Positions 53,851 through 64,000 of a stretch of DNA of 64,000 nt are shown in pieces. The position numbers were made by a program, and so were the translations under genes. The stretch is taken from NCBI GenBank assembly GCA_013265495.1, contig MU058451.1, forward strand, positions 886,584 to 950,583. Direction: 5' to 3'. Below the pieces are notes generated by a model. The model was not told where the DNA came from. It searched no databases and was given only the letters and a program-made list of their open reading frames with translations. Each line of letters starts with the position of its first letter. Position 1 is the stretch's first letter. The stretch comes from Vicugna vicugna. Lineage: Eukaryota.

Positions 53851-55544
53851 CTACCGCTGCCGGTGGTGGTGGTGGTGTTTCCACTATCACTAAACTACAA
53901 CAGTAGCTGCGGGGCACCATGTCCCCACTACAAAAAGATGCACTGACATTCTGCATTCAAACTGGATGCGAAGTTCATGATTTTTAAAGATAGGGGCAAC
54001 CCTAAATTCCTCATGCCAATATTTTTCAGGTGACCGTGTTTTTAAGAGCCCAGTCATCAGCAAAGCTGATTTGTGTGGATGTTAAACAGGGAACATGCAG
54101 TGTGACCACTCCCAGGAGGAGGGCCATCGGTTCTCCCAAAAGATGCCAACCAAGCTTCTTATCACTAAGAGAGATGGTCCAGCTCTAGGAAGCCAGCAGT
54201 AGTGTTGCCCTATACTCTGAAGATCTCGGAACTGAGGGGGAGGTGGTGGCATTTAGATAGGACCCAGGTACTGCATCAATTCAGTAGAAAACTCGAAGTA
54301 TTCTAAAAAAAAATTAATTGCTTGCATCGCCAATCAGTGTGACCTCCTTGGGTTGGACATAGATGCCTGTTAGTTTATTCCCTTTAATCATTAAAGGGTC
54401 AGATCTTGTGACAGGTACTTAAGCACAGCCCAGATCCATTGTTTAACAGTTAATTTACGAATAACTTAGGAGAACAGGTCTTGCCAAAATCTTGACACCA
54501 CCCAGGTTTATCAACAAAGGGCTAGTAGTGATTAATGGCAATAAACAGTAATGAGATACATTCCAAATCTAGTACTTTCAATATAAAGATCCCGAAAAAT
54601 TTCAGTGCTCCCAAAATGATGCTACACTTTAGCATTTGATGAGTATCATAATTTGGCGAGGTCTTGTTTGTGGTGGGGTCAAAGGATAAATCTGTGGGAG
54701 TACTTTAAGGATATCAACTTCAGCTACTGTAACAAGAAAGGAAAGTGAGGTCTTCTAGGATTAGTTCTTTCACTAATAGCAACCCTGACTGAGTCGTGTG
54801 ACTGTTACCAGGGAAAGGTATTCAGTTCCTCAGCTCCCTGATGTGAGCACAGCATTCTGTCCCTCATGTAAATAATTGATTACTTCCAAGTCAAGGTTAC
54901 TTTGTATATACATTGTACACAAAGCCCTGTTAACTATTATTCTTGCAATGAGGTTTACAAGGAAATTACCTACAGAGAAAATGCCTAAGGCCAGACCCCA
55001 GCCTCAAGGTGCAGGTTGGAGTTACCTTTAAAGTTAGCCGCCAAGCAGCAGGCTCACCTATCAATTAACCACATTAGTTCACTAACTCAAAACTCTGGCT
55101 GATAAAAACTGACATTCACTATGCTGCTCAGAAGATAATAAAGTAATGTGGCACCTGCCTGAGCCACTGAAGGTCTACTAGTGGTGACCCGGAAGCCTTA
55201 ATCAAGGATCTGAACTAGTACTGAATATATTCAAGGAGAGGAGATAGTTAAGAAAATCTCCAAATTCAGAAAGTGCTTTAGTTTCGTCTCAAAACTTTGT
55301 CCCACTGAAAGTAGCTATGGGATAGTTATTTGCAGCACGAACTGTCAATCCTTTTATTTCTCATGTAGATACACATATACTTGGTTCTGTAGTTCTTGGG
55401 GGGTTTAAAAAAATCCTTAAACTCTCGAGTTTTCTCCTTCTTAATCAACTAACTTTGAGTCAAGAAGAAAGAATTTACAGGATAAGTAAGAATATCCTAT
55501 GGATTGGTAAAGGAGACTGTCCAACCAGAAAGCCGAAGTTTCAA

Positions 55545-55890
55545 AAAGAGAGCAACTGGACAGCAGGCATCTCTTACTGGAAGGATATATCCCACCTATG
55601 AAGTCTTGACTGAAATGAACAAATAAACCATCAAACCTGAATCTAATTAAGCTTCTCCATCTAGCTACTACTAATTCATAAGAAATACAGGAGGCAAAAG
55701 AGTATGTGACAAAGGAACAGAGTGAAAATTGAACAGAAAGGAAACCCAGACTCCCAGGAACTCTGCAGGATGAATAATCTGATTATTTCAACAGAAATAC
55801 TCAAAGTTAAGAAAAATAGACTGAGTGAGAACACACAGATTAAAAGACATAAGATACATATAAACATATAAACATATAAAAATAAAACTG
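55545..55890 (+). mobile_element. Old L1 (L1MC4/L1ME-like) 3' UTR fragment
   Basis: aacctgaatctaattaagcttct...agaaatacaggaggc...cagattaaaagacataagatacata. Confidence 0.5.
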
Positions 55891-55929
55891 CAAAAAAAAA
55901 AAACTTATAGAACCACTGGAGAAAAATAC

Positions 55930-57635
55930 TTTACAAAATGGGAACAGAATACAGAAAGAAACTATCTCAATACATTAAAGGCCATATATGAAAAGCCCAC
56001 AGGCAACATCAGACTCAGTGATTAAAGTCTGAATGCTTTTCCTCAGGAACAGGACAAGGATGCTTGCGGTTACCATATCCATCAGACCTAGTCCTGGAAT
56101 TCCCAGCCAGAGCAATTAGGTAAGAAAGAAAAAGAAATAAAAGGCACTCAAACAGGAGAGGAAGAAGTAAAATTATCTTTGTTCACAGATGACATGATCT
56201 TATATGTAGAAAACGCCAAGGAGTTTCTAAAAACTGTTAGAACTAACAAATGAATTCAGCACAGTTATAGGACACAAAATCAGCACACCAAAATCAGTTG
56301 TATCTCTGTACACTAACAATGAACAGTCCAGAAAGGAATTTAAGAACATTTCATTTAAAATAGCATCAGAAAGAATAAAATGCTTAGAAATAAATGTAAT
56401 TAAGTAGGCAAAAGACTTGCATACTGAAAACTACAAAATGTTGCTGAAAGAAATCAAAGAAAACACAAATAAATGAAAAGATGTTCCATGTTCACAGATG
56501 CAGATTTAAGATTAAGTTGACAAGACTACCCAAAGTGACTTATAGATTTAATGCAATCCCTATCATATTCTCAATGGCATTTTTTACAAAAATAGAAAAG
56601 TCCATTCTAAAATTCATACAGTGAAAATGAATATATGTATGTATATGCATGACTGGGATATTGTGCTGTACACCAGAGATTGACACATTGTAACTGACTG
56701 TACTTCAATAAAAAAAAATTCATATGGAATCTCAGGGAACCCCAAATAGCCAAAACAATCTTAAAAAAGAAAAAAATTGGGTCTCACACTTCCTGATTTC
56801 AAGTCTTATTACAAAGCCACAGTAGTCAAAACAGTGTGGTATAGAGACATACATAAAGACAGGCATAAAGACAGACATATGGACCAATAGAATAAACAGA
56901 GAACTGAGAAAGAAACTCCTACATATTCGGTCAAACGACTTTCAACAAGGGTGCTAAGATTATTTAATGAGGAAAAGACAGTCTTTTCAACAAATGAAAC
57001 TGGGAAAACTAGATACTCACATGCAAAGAATACAGCTGGATCTATACCTTAGACTATATACAAAAATAAATTCAAGATGGATCAAAGACTTAAACCTAAG
57101 AGCCACACTATAAAACTCTTAGAAGAAAAGCCTCATGACACTGAATCTGGCAGGACTTACTGGCTATGACACCAAACCCATAGGAACCAAAAGAAAACAG
57201 AGATAAATTAGACTACATCTAAAAACTTCTGTGCACCAAAGGATCCAATTACAATGAAAAGATAACCTATGGAATAGTAGAAAATATTTGAACTCATACC
57301 TGATAGGAGGTTAGTATCCAGGATATACAAAGAACACCTACAACTCAACAATGAAAAAGCAAACAACCCGATTAAAAAATGGGCAAAGAAATTGAACACA
57401 GACTCTCTAAAGAAGATACACAAAAGGGTTAGAAAACACATGAAAAGATGCTCAACATCACGAATCGTTAGAGAAATGGAAATGAAAATCACAAGGAGAT
57501 ACCACGTCACACCCAATAGGATGGCTACTTAGGATTATTATGTGATCCAGCAATTCTACTTCTGGTGCCCAAAATAACTGAAGGCAGGGTCGCAAAGAGA
57601 AATCTGTACACCCACGTTTATAGTAGCCTTATTGA
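55930..57635 (+). mobile_element. L1 ORF2 fragment with nested short L1 tail and an internal deletion near 57530
   Basis: ccatatatgaaaagcccacaggcaacatc; ttcacagatgacatgatc; attaaaaaatgggcaaag; many stops and frameshifts. Confidence 0.9.
56619..56714 (+). mobile_element. Young camelid-type L1 3' terminus nested in the older L1
   Basis: gtatatgcatgactgggatattgtgctgtacaccagagattgacacattgtaactgactgtacttcaataaaa; TSD aaaattcata at 56609-56618 and 56715-56724. Confidence 0.85.
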
Positions 57636-60600
57636 CTGAGTGACCAAGTTGAAGTTCACACTGCTCAGGTTATTTTGTTGGCCATTTACATTGAGAAATA
57701 TCATTGTTACATCTGTATTGCAAATTGATATTTGATCTTAACTGTCTTTTAAGAAAGCACTACAAAGACTGTTCTGAAGGGAGGTATGCACTCATCCCTA
57801 ATTTTCATTTCATGGCTTCAATGGCAATTTAATCTGTTTTTAATGGCAAACACGATCCCTGCCCCCAACAAGCACCTACCACCCCCCTGAACGGAGACTG
57901 GTTCAAAAGTGCTTTTCTCAACCCATTTTCATTTACTTTCTCAAAATTCTATTTTTGGCTTGGAGGATCCTTGTTCCTTTCAGTCTCGGAATAGATAGTT
58001 TGAAGAAAACCTGTTTCTCTCTCCTCAGGTTTTTAGAATAGGATCCAGAATGCTTTCTGAGTAGAAAAATAAAATACTTTGTCCCTTCTCTAGAAACCTT
58101 AAAGCTAACCATTCATCAAATCATAATAGTATCTCTTCCTTGTATGTATTTTAAAAGCTACATCACAAAACTTTTAGTTCTGGTTTAATGATGCTTCAAT
58201 GCCAAATATTACATTAGATCTCGTGTAGTTTGAAAAGAGTAACTACAAGTCACTTAAATTTCACAACAAAAACAGCTAAAAATAGCAGCAGATGTTAGTA
58301 AGACAGCAGTTTCTCCGCGTTGCTGTGTTACCGCAAAGCATTAAAAGAAAAAACCGGTTCCTGTTGTTCATGTGGCTCTGGTTCCTATTTCAACACCCTT
58401 ACACATTTTGCTCTTTTATTCCTTTTCTTTTACCATCTCATTTTTCTGAGGTGAAAAGCAAAACAACAACAACCCCCCGCAAAACAGTAAAATAAACCAA
58501 GCAAATGTACAAAGCAATATAAATTTTCCAATTTAAATTCTTCATGTTGAGACATTTAAAAAATATTTTTAATACCTAAGTCATTGTTTTAATTTTAGGC
58601 AGCCACGGCACTGTGAGTTAGTAACTGGGTTTTACTAGTGATATTGGGGGTTTATTTTACTGAAAGCCCCCCAAATTAATTTTGCTTTTTATTTTTTATC
58701 TACTACTATTTCCAACTTACAAGTACACTTTCAATATATGATAAACGTCATTTGCGTCTCTCCTATTTGAATATCCCCCGTTGCATCTATGAAAGCAAAC
58801 CTACACAGACTTTGGGCAATTGCTACTCTACTTTGAATCAAAAAGTAGAATATATCAAATTTGAAAAAAATGCTATTTGAAGAATTTATCTTAGGCTAGA
58901 AAGACTTGCTAGAAGACGGCCCAACTATTTCAGAAAGCCTGACTACTTTCCTGGGATATGGTACTTAAACATTTTAAATTTGTGGAATAAAAGGTAAGGT
59001 TCCTAAAAATTCTGTCTACACTGATCTTACGTGGGTCGCTAAGCCTCCACTGGCAAGCAATTACTGGGCAACGAAGGTGCCCAGGGAGGTGTGATGTTAA
59101 GGATGTAAGCAGGTTTATGAGAATTTGTTGGTCACTGTGAAAGTCTTATAAACTATGCTCAAAGCAAAACAAATCTTTGGCTAGGATCAGTCCAAGGAAA
59201 GGAAAAACACCCGTTTTGGACCCCTTAAGCAATTCCTTATTTAGAATTCTGATATTACAGCCACAAACAGGGCCTGAATGCCATTTAAAATAAATTCTCC
59301 CTATTAAGATCTTTTGTTTTGGAGGAAAACAAAAAGCAGAAAAACAGGAATGGGCACTCTGCGTCCAGGAGTGGCCCCATGCTGATTGCTCAGAAGGGAA
59401 GGATTAAAGATAAGATGAGAAATTTAGCTCCATTATTGGAGAGAAGAAAATAAATATGCTAAAATGTTATTTCTTTAAAAAATATTACTGAAAGTCTTAT
59501 GTAAATGATACGTACAACCTCCGAGACTCAAATGTTCCACTGTTTTCTCCCCACCTGTCTAAAGTTATCAATACCATCAATGGACTCAACTTTTTGCAAT
59601 TTTATAAGGCCCTATCACAGAATAGCTGGTGTGAAATGCCAAGTTTTAGGGGTTGGGCGTAGGTCTGATGCCAATGAAGAAATAATCTGGATTACTAGAA
59701 TGTATACACATGAAAAATAAATCACGGTTGAATTACTGGCTGAATGATTTAAAAAAGAAAATATCCCAACTTGTGGTGGGGCTAATCAGGTCCTTTTTAC
59801 TGATTAGATATGTGACACTCGACTGCTCTAATTTTCTCCTTACTTAAGAGACTCTCTTTCAACATCATGAAAATAATACCCAAGTAGAGCATAGGAGAAA
59901 GAACTTCACCATTCCAAAGATTAACTGTGATTGTGGAGAAACCCCAATGAGTCCCAAACATGGGACAGCTGCCAAGGAGTGGTACAAAGAGGGAGGAAAG
60001 AAAATAAAGCCAGGGTAGATCTGGCCAAGTTGGCCTGAACACGTAGGGGCCCACGCAGTGCCAGCAGAAAGCTTACACAGCGAAATCCAGTCAAAAGACC
60101 TATCCGGATTTCACGTGCAACCTCTCTCCTATCTCCTTCCTAGTATTACAGCCATTCTCTTAAGCCTTTGTTATTTCCCACCAGGAGAACCATAATAATC
60201 TCTGCTATCAGATCAATCTTCCAAACTGCACACATCCATCATGTCACTCCAATGTTTCAATATTGTTCATGGCATCCCCATGCCCATGGCGCAAAGTCCT
60301 GGCACCCAAGGCTCCTGGCGTCCCTCTTTTGAGGGCGATCAGAAGACTAGATTATATTCCTGATGAGTGCTTCCATGGGCCAATCGTTTAATTTTTCTGA
60401 GACATAGCTTCCTCGTTGGAAAAAATAAAAAGAGAAGGAACTAATTAGAGATAAGAAACTAATTGGAGATGGCTGTCTAAAGTATGAAAGCTGAACAAAA
60501 GTGCAATATTTTTATTACCATTACCACACTCTCTGCCACCCGTCTTCTGCAAGTCTGAGTCTGCTCCTCCAAACATACTTGACAGGTATCCAGCCACTCT

Positions 60601-61399
60601 GCCTCTCATTTCCCTAAATGGTTATGCTCCGCTTCTGCCTCTCCCTGTCTGCTACCTGGAACAACACTTGCCCACTCTTGCCCACCCCTCCTCTGAACCC
60701 CCAAAGGAAGCAGTGATCGCTCTTATTTAGGAAATGCTTATGAGTATTTTCCTAGATGCTGTGTGTTGTTTTCCCAACAGCCCTGTGTCTGCTCCCATTT
60801 ACAGATGGGACGATTAAGACAGAACAAGTAAGACTTGCAGATATAAGATGCTTTTCCTGCCTCAGTGTGAGGGAAGTCCCAAGCTGGTGGTGGCAGGCCA
60901 GTGTGGTGGCTGGAAAGCTGTGGTGATTCATATGTGTTCACTGCCTTCCCTTTCACATATATGAATGTGAAAAATGGGGCTTTATTCAATAAGGTAGCAG
61001 GAACATGCATTTTGGTTATATGTCACTGCCAGTCAGGAGGGAGGGGCTGGCAGTTAAAGGGGAAGAGAACTATTATCAGGATAAGGGCAAAGAAAAGGGG
61101 TGAAGGAGACTCTTTCAGCTCGAAATCCCTTTGATAGTCAAGAGCAGTGTGTTTTTGGTTTGTTCTGGGAGTTTAGATTCTATGTCATTTCATGGCATTG
61201 AAAAGTTCTACTGGGGACCCTAAATTATTTCATCATTTTGATCTCACTTGGCATTGATCCATAAAGAAGAGGATAAAATCAGGGAACCATCCTCCAGGAT
61301 TAACTGGCCATTCATCACTCTTCAGTACACCTGTCCCATAGCCTGAGGGTCTGGCTCTGCTGGGATGGCCAGAGCCACCGCAAGGATTTGAAAGTGGCC

Positions 61400-61840
61400 T
61401 TTGTGTTTTACTCAATTGTCAAATATTTCTTAGCTGAAACCTGTGGCTGCTGCTGCCACCCATCCACCAAAACGCATTCTCTGTTTCTTCCTGGCCTCAC
61501 AGCGAGGCCACATCTCCTGGTCTCCTCTGCACTAGGCCAAGGGGGCAGAGGTGTGCACCCTTCTAAGCCTGGCCCATCAAGCCTGCCCTTCATGCTCCCC
61601 TCTGCTTCTTCTCGCCGTGGGTTAGCAATCTGACAGTGGTCACAGAAGAAGCCTCAGGAGCTTCTGTACATGGTGAGATGTACAGCCATTATCTGCACTA
61701 CCAAACCCTGCCCAAACCAAGCCACTGGGAAAACCCACCCGAGACCCTTCAATAGGGAAGAGGTACATTTCTACTGTGTTTAAGCTATGCGATTTGGGGC
61801 CTATTTGTTACAGCCGCTTCATCTACCCTGACAAATGCAT
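61400..61840 (+). mobile_element. MLT1-type LTR relic
   Basis: 3' end tgtttaagctatgcgatttggggcctatttgttacagc...ctgacaaatgca is typical of MLT1; 5' boundary approximate. Confidence 0.6.
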
Positions 61841-61979
61841 GTGCTGGCTTGTGCTTTATTGGATGTCTACACTGAGTTTCCAGTCTAGTTGACTACAGTG
61901 TGGCTGTCACTGAATTGTCCTGGTGTCCTAAAGGCAGGAGTAAATAGAATCAACACAAAGCTCAGAGCACGATCTAGAG

Positions 61980-62199
61980 CAGGGGCAGGCAAACTTTTCC
62001 TTTAAAGAGACAGACAAAAAATATTTTAGACTTTGCAGGCCACATACAGTTTCTGAGACAAATTCTTTTTTTTTTTTTTTTGTCTGTGGCTGTTCATGCA
62101 CTACCAGGGCAGAGCTGAGTAGTTATGATAGGCATATAGTCCACAGAATCTGACCTCTTTATTACCTGCCTCTTTACCAAAAAAGTTTGCCAACTCCTG
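61980..62199. mobile_element. MER58-type hAT-Charlie non-autonomous DNA transposon
   Basis: TIRs CAGGGGCAGGCAAACT / AGTTTGCCAACTCCTG; 8-bp TSD atctagag / gtctagag. Confidence 0.85.
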
Positions 62200-62639
62200 G
62201 TCTAGAGGTCCCAAAAGAGAGATCATTCTGCATAAGTAACCAGATCCTCTAGAGCCTGAGGAGGATGCTAGCTGTCCAGCCACTCCGGTGCCATGCTATG
62301 AATTCACCATCTACATCAGCCACCATGGAAGATGGTTGCCCCTCAACAGATTTTGGAGTTTAGTGTTGCATCCTTAAATGGGGTGAGAACAGCAATCCGT
62401 ACTGGCTAGCTGGGGTGTTCTGATGAAATGGGTTAGATAAACTACTGTTGAACTTTTCTTTCATCAGTGTGCTGAATGATGACAGTACTACACTCACGAG
62501 GGAGGCTGAGTTCATCTAAACTCACTGTGACAAATGGGACCCTCCTAGAAGCCTGGTGTGTTAACAGGCAAATGCTTATTTAGACAGCAGATACAAGATT
62601 AATCAGCGACATATACTGTTTTTATTATTGGATTATTGC

Positions 62640-62900
62640 TATTAATAAGACACGGTGCTGAGCCCTTCAAACTCATGACCGCAACTTGAATCCTTTTTTT
62701 CCCCTCCAGCTTTATTGAGATGTTGTTGACATAGCTTAATTCTTAAAGCAATTCTGCAAGTAGCCAGATTTATAGAAGAGGAAACTGAGGCTCAGCATGG
62801 AGAAACAATTGGGCCAAGGTCAATGAACTGAAAATTAGAGCTTGGGTCTGAGTCTAGCTCTATGTGAATTCAAATCTGATGTCCTTCCTATACACCAGAA
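62640..62900 (-). mobile_element. MIR relic
   Basis: gaggaaactgaggctcag...gggccaaggtca. Confidence 0.6.
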
Positions 62901-64000
62901 GGCATATGACAGACACATTGGTACTTCATAAATGTAAAGACACTACCACGTATTACTCACTGGCCACTATGCCAGGCTCAAGAGTTTTTGTTTGTTTGTT
63001 TTGTTTTTTCACAGTCAAGGTTCAGCTACACTAAAATTAGAACAATACGTATTCTCTGCCGGACTAGGTGCTAAGTGTTTCTCACATTTGGTCTCTAACC
63101 TCATCTAAGCCTCAGTTTCCTCATCTGTAAATGGGCTTGGCAATAGATTCAGAACACTGAAGCTGAGTTAAATGGGCCCTGGGCACATAGGAAATTCTTA
63201 ATAAGCAGGACCTATAGTTAAAAATGCAAAGCTTTATGCTGTCTTAAGTGTTCACATTTAGGTTTTCTTGGAAAATGAGGGGCGAGCGCTCAATGCTTTT
63301 AAGGACCATTCTAGCCCAAATCCGTATGATTTGTTAAGCAACAATAGAAAGAAAGTCTTGAAACAATCATGATACTGGGTACCTTGTGAAGTCCTCCCCC
63401 AAGGAGCAAAGCATGCTTGGGGCATCAGCACAATACTCGTTGGAAATATAACTTTGGGGTCTGTGCTTTGACGTTAACAACTAGATTATGACATTGCCTA
63501 TTTCAAGGAGAAAATTCAATGGAAAAAAAAAAGTCAAGACTAGTTTTCTTCAGTAAAATTGGAGAATCTGGATTTAGTTGGAAAGCAACTTTACAAAATG
63601 TATGAAAAACAACCAGGACAGATATTATTAACAACAACCTAATATACAGTAACACCCAGGGGCTTCATTTTCCTGCTAATACGCTGTTTCTCTTTCCTAA
63701 AACTTGACCTGTACCCAGCATCCTTTTTTTTGTTCCTATCACCTTTGTTATAAAACAATACTTCCTTATAACACCCAGCATGCCTGCTTCCCACAGCTAG
63801 GGTTACATGGAAGGTGGGACATTCTCAAACGTTTTTTGGTACACATTGCTGTAACATGCTCTAATTTTGCGTTATATCAACCAGATCCCGTATCCCCTTA
63901 CTGAATGGCCTACTCATTGAGCAGCCTAAGCTACTGTGACTAAGCTACTTCTCAAGTATCTGGTTCCCATAGAGACAGAACAGCTATCACATTGTCAGGC

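Overview
Mammalian genomic DNA, most likely a camelid (inferred from the tRNA-derived SINEs and the L1 3' ends). It contains the 3' half of EYA1 (eyes absent homolog 1) on the minus strand. Seven coding exons (47582-47671, 24418-24476, 24146-24306, 23102-23216, 22873-22994, 18886-18986, 5736-5816) join in frame to 729 nt, i.e. 242 aa plus stop, covering most of the EYA HAD-phosphatase domain. A ~2 kb 3' UTR ends near an AATAAA at 3761-3766. The upstream exon carrying the WDLDET catalytic motif was not found and presumably lies beyond position 64000. The rest is intron or intergenic DNA with L1, L2, MIR, MLT, MER58 and SINE relics; almost all ORFs in the supplied track are spurious. Best observations: a GC-AG intron; a near-perfect 39-bp direct repeat bracketing the skippable 90-nt exon; a 2.86-kb chimeric L1 insertion with a 13-bp TSD nested in another L1 (probable 3' transduction); a 51-nt TSD-flanked L1-tail insertion in the 3' UTR; a micro-inversion; a 31-bp quasi-palindrome; and several candidate developmental enhancers. 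I found no convincing evidence of a wholly new biological system. Repeat family names come from recalled consensus sequences, not a database search.
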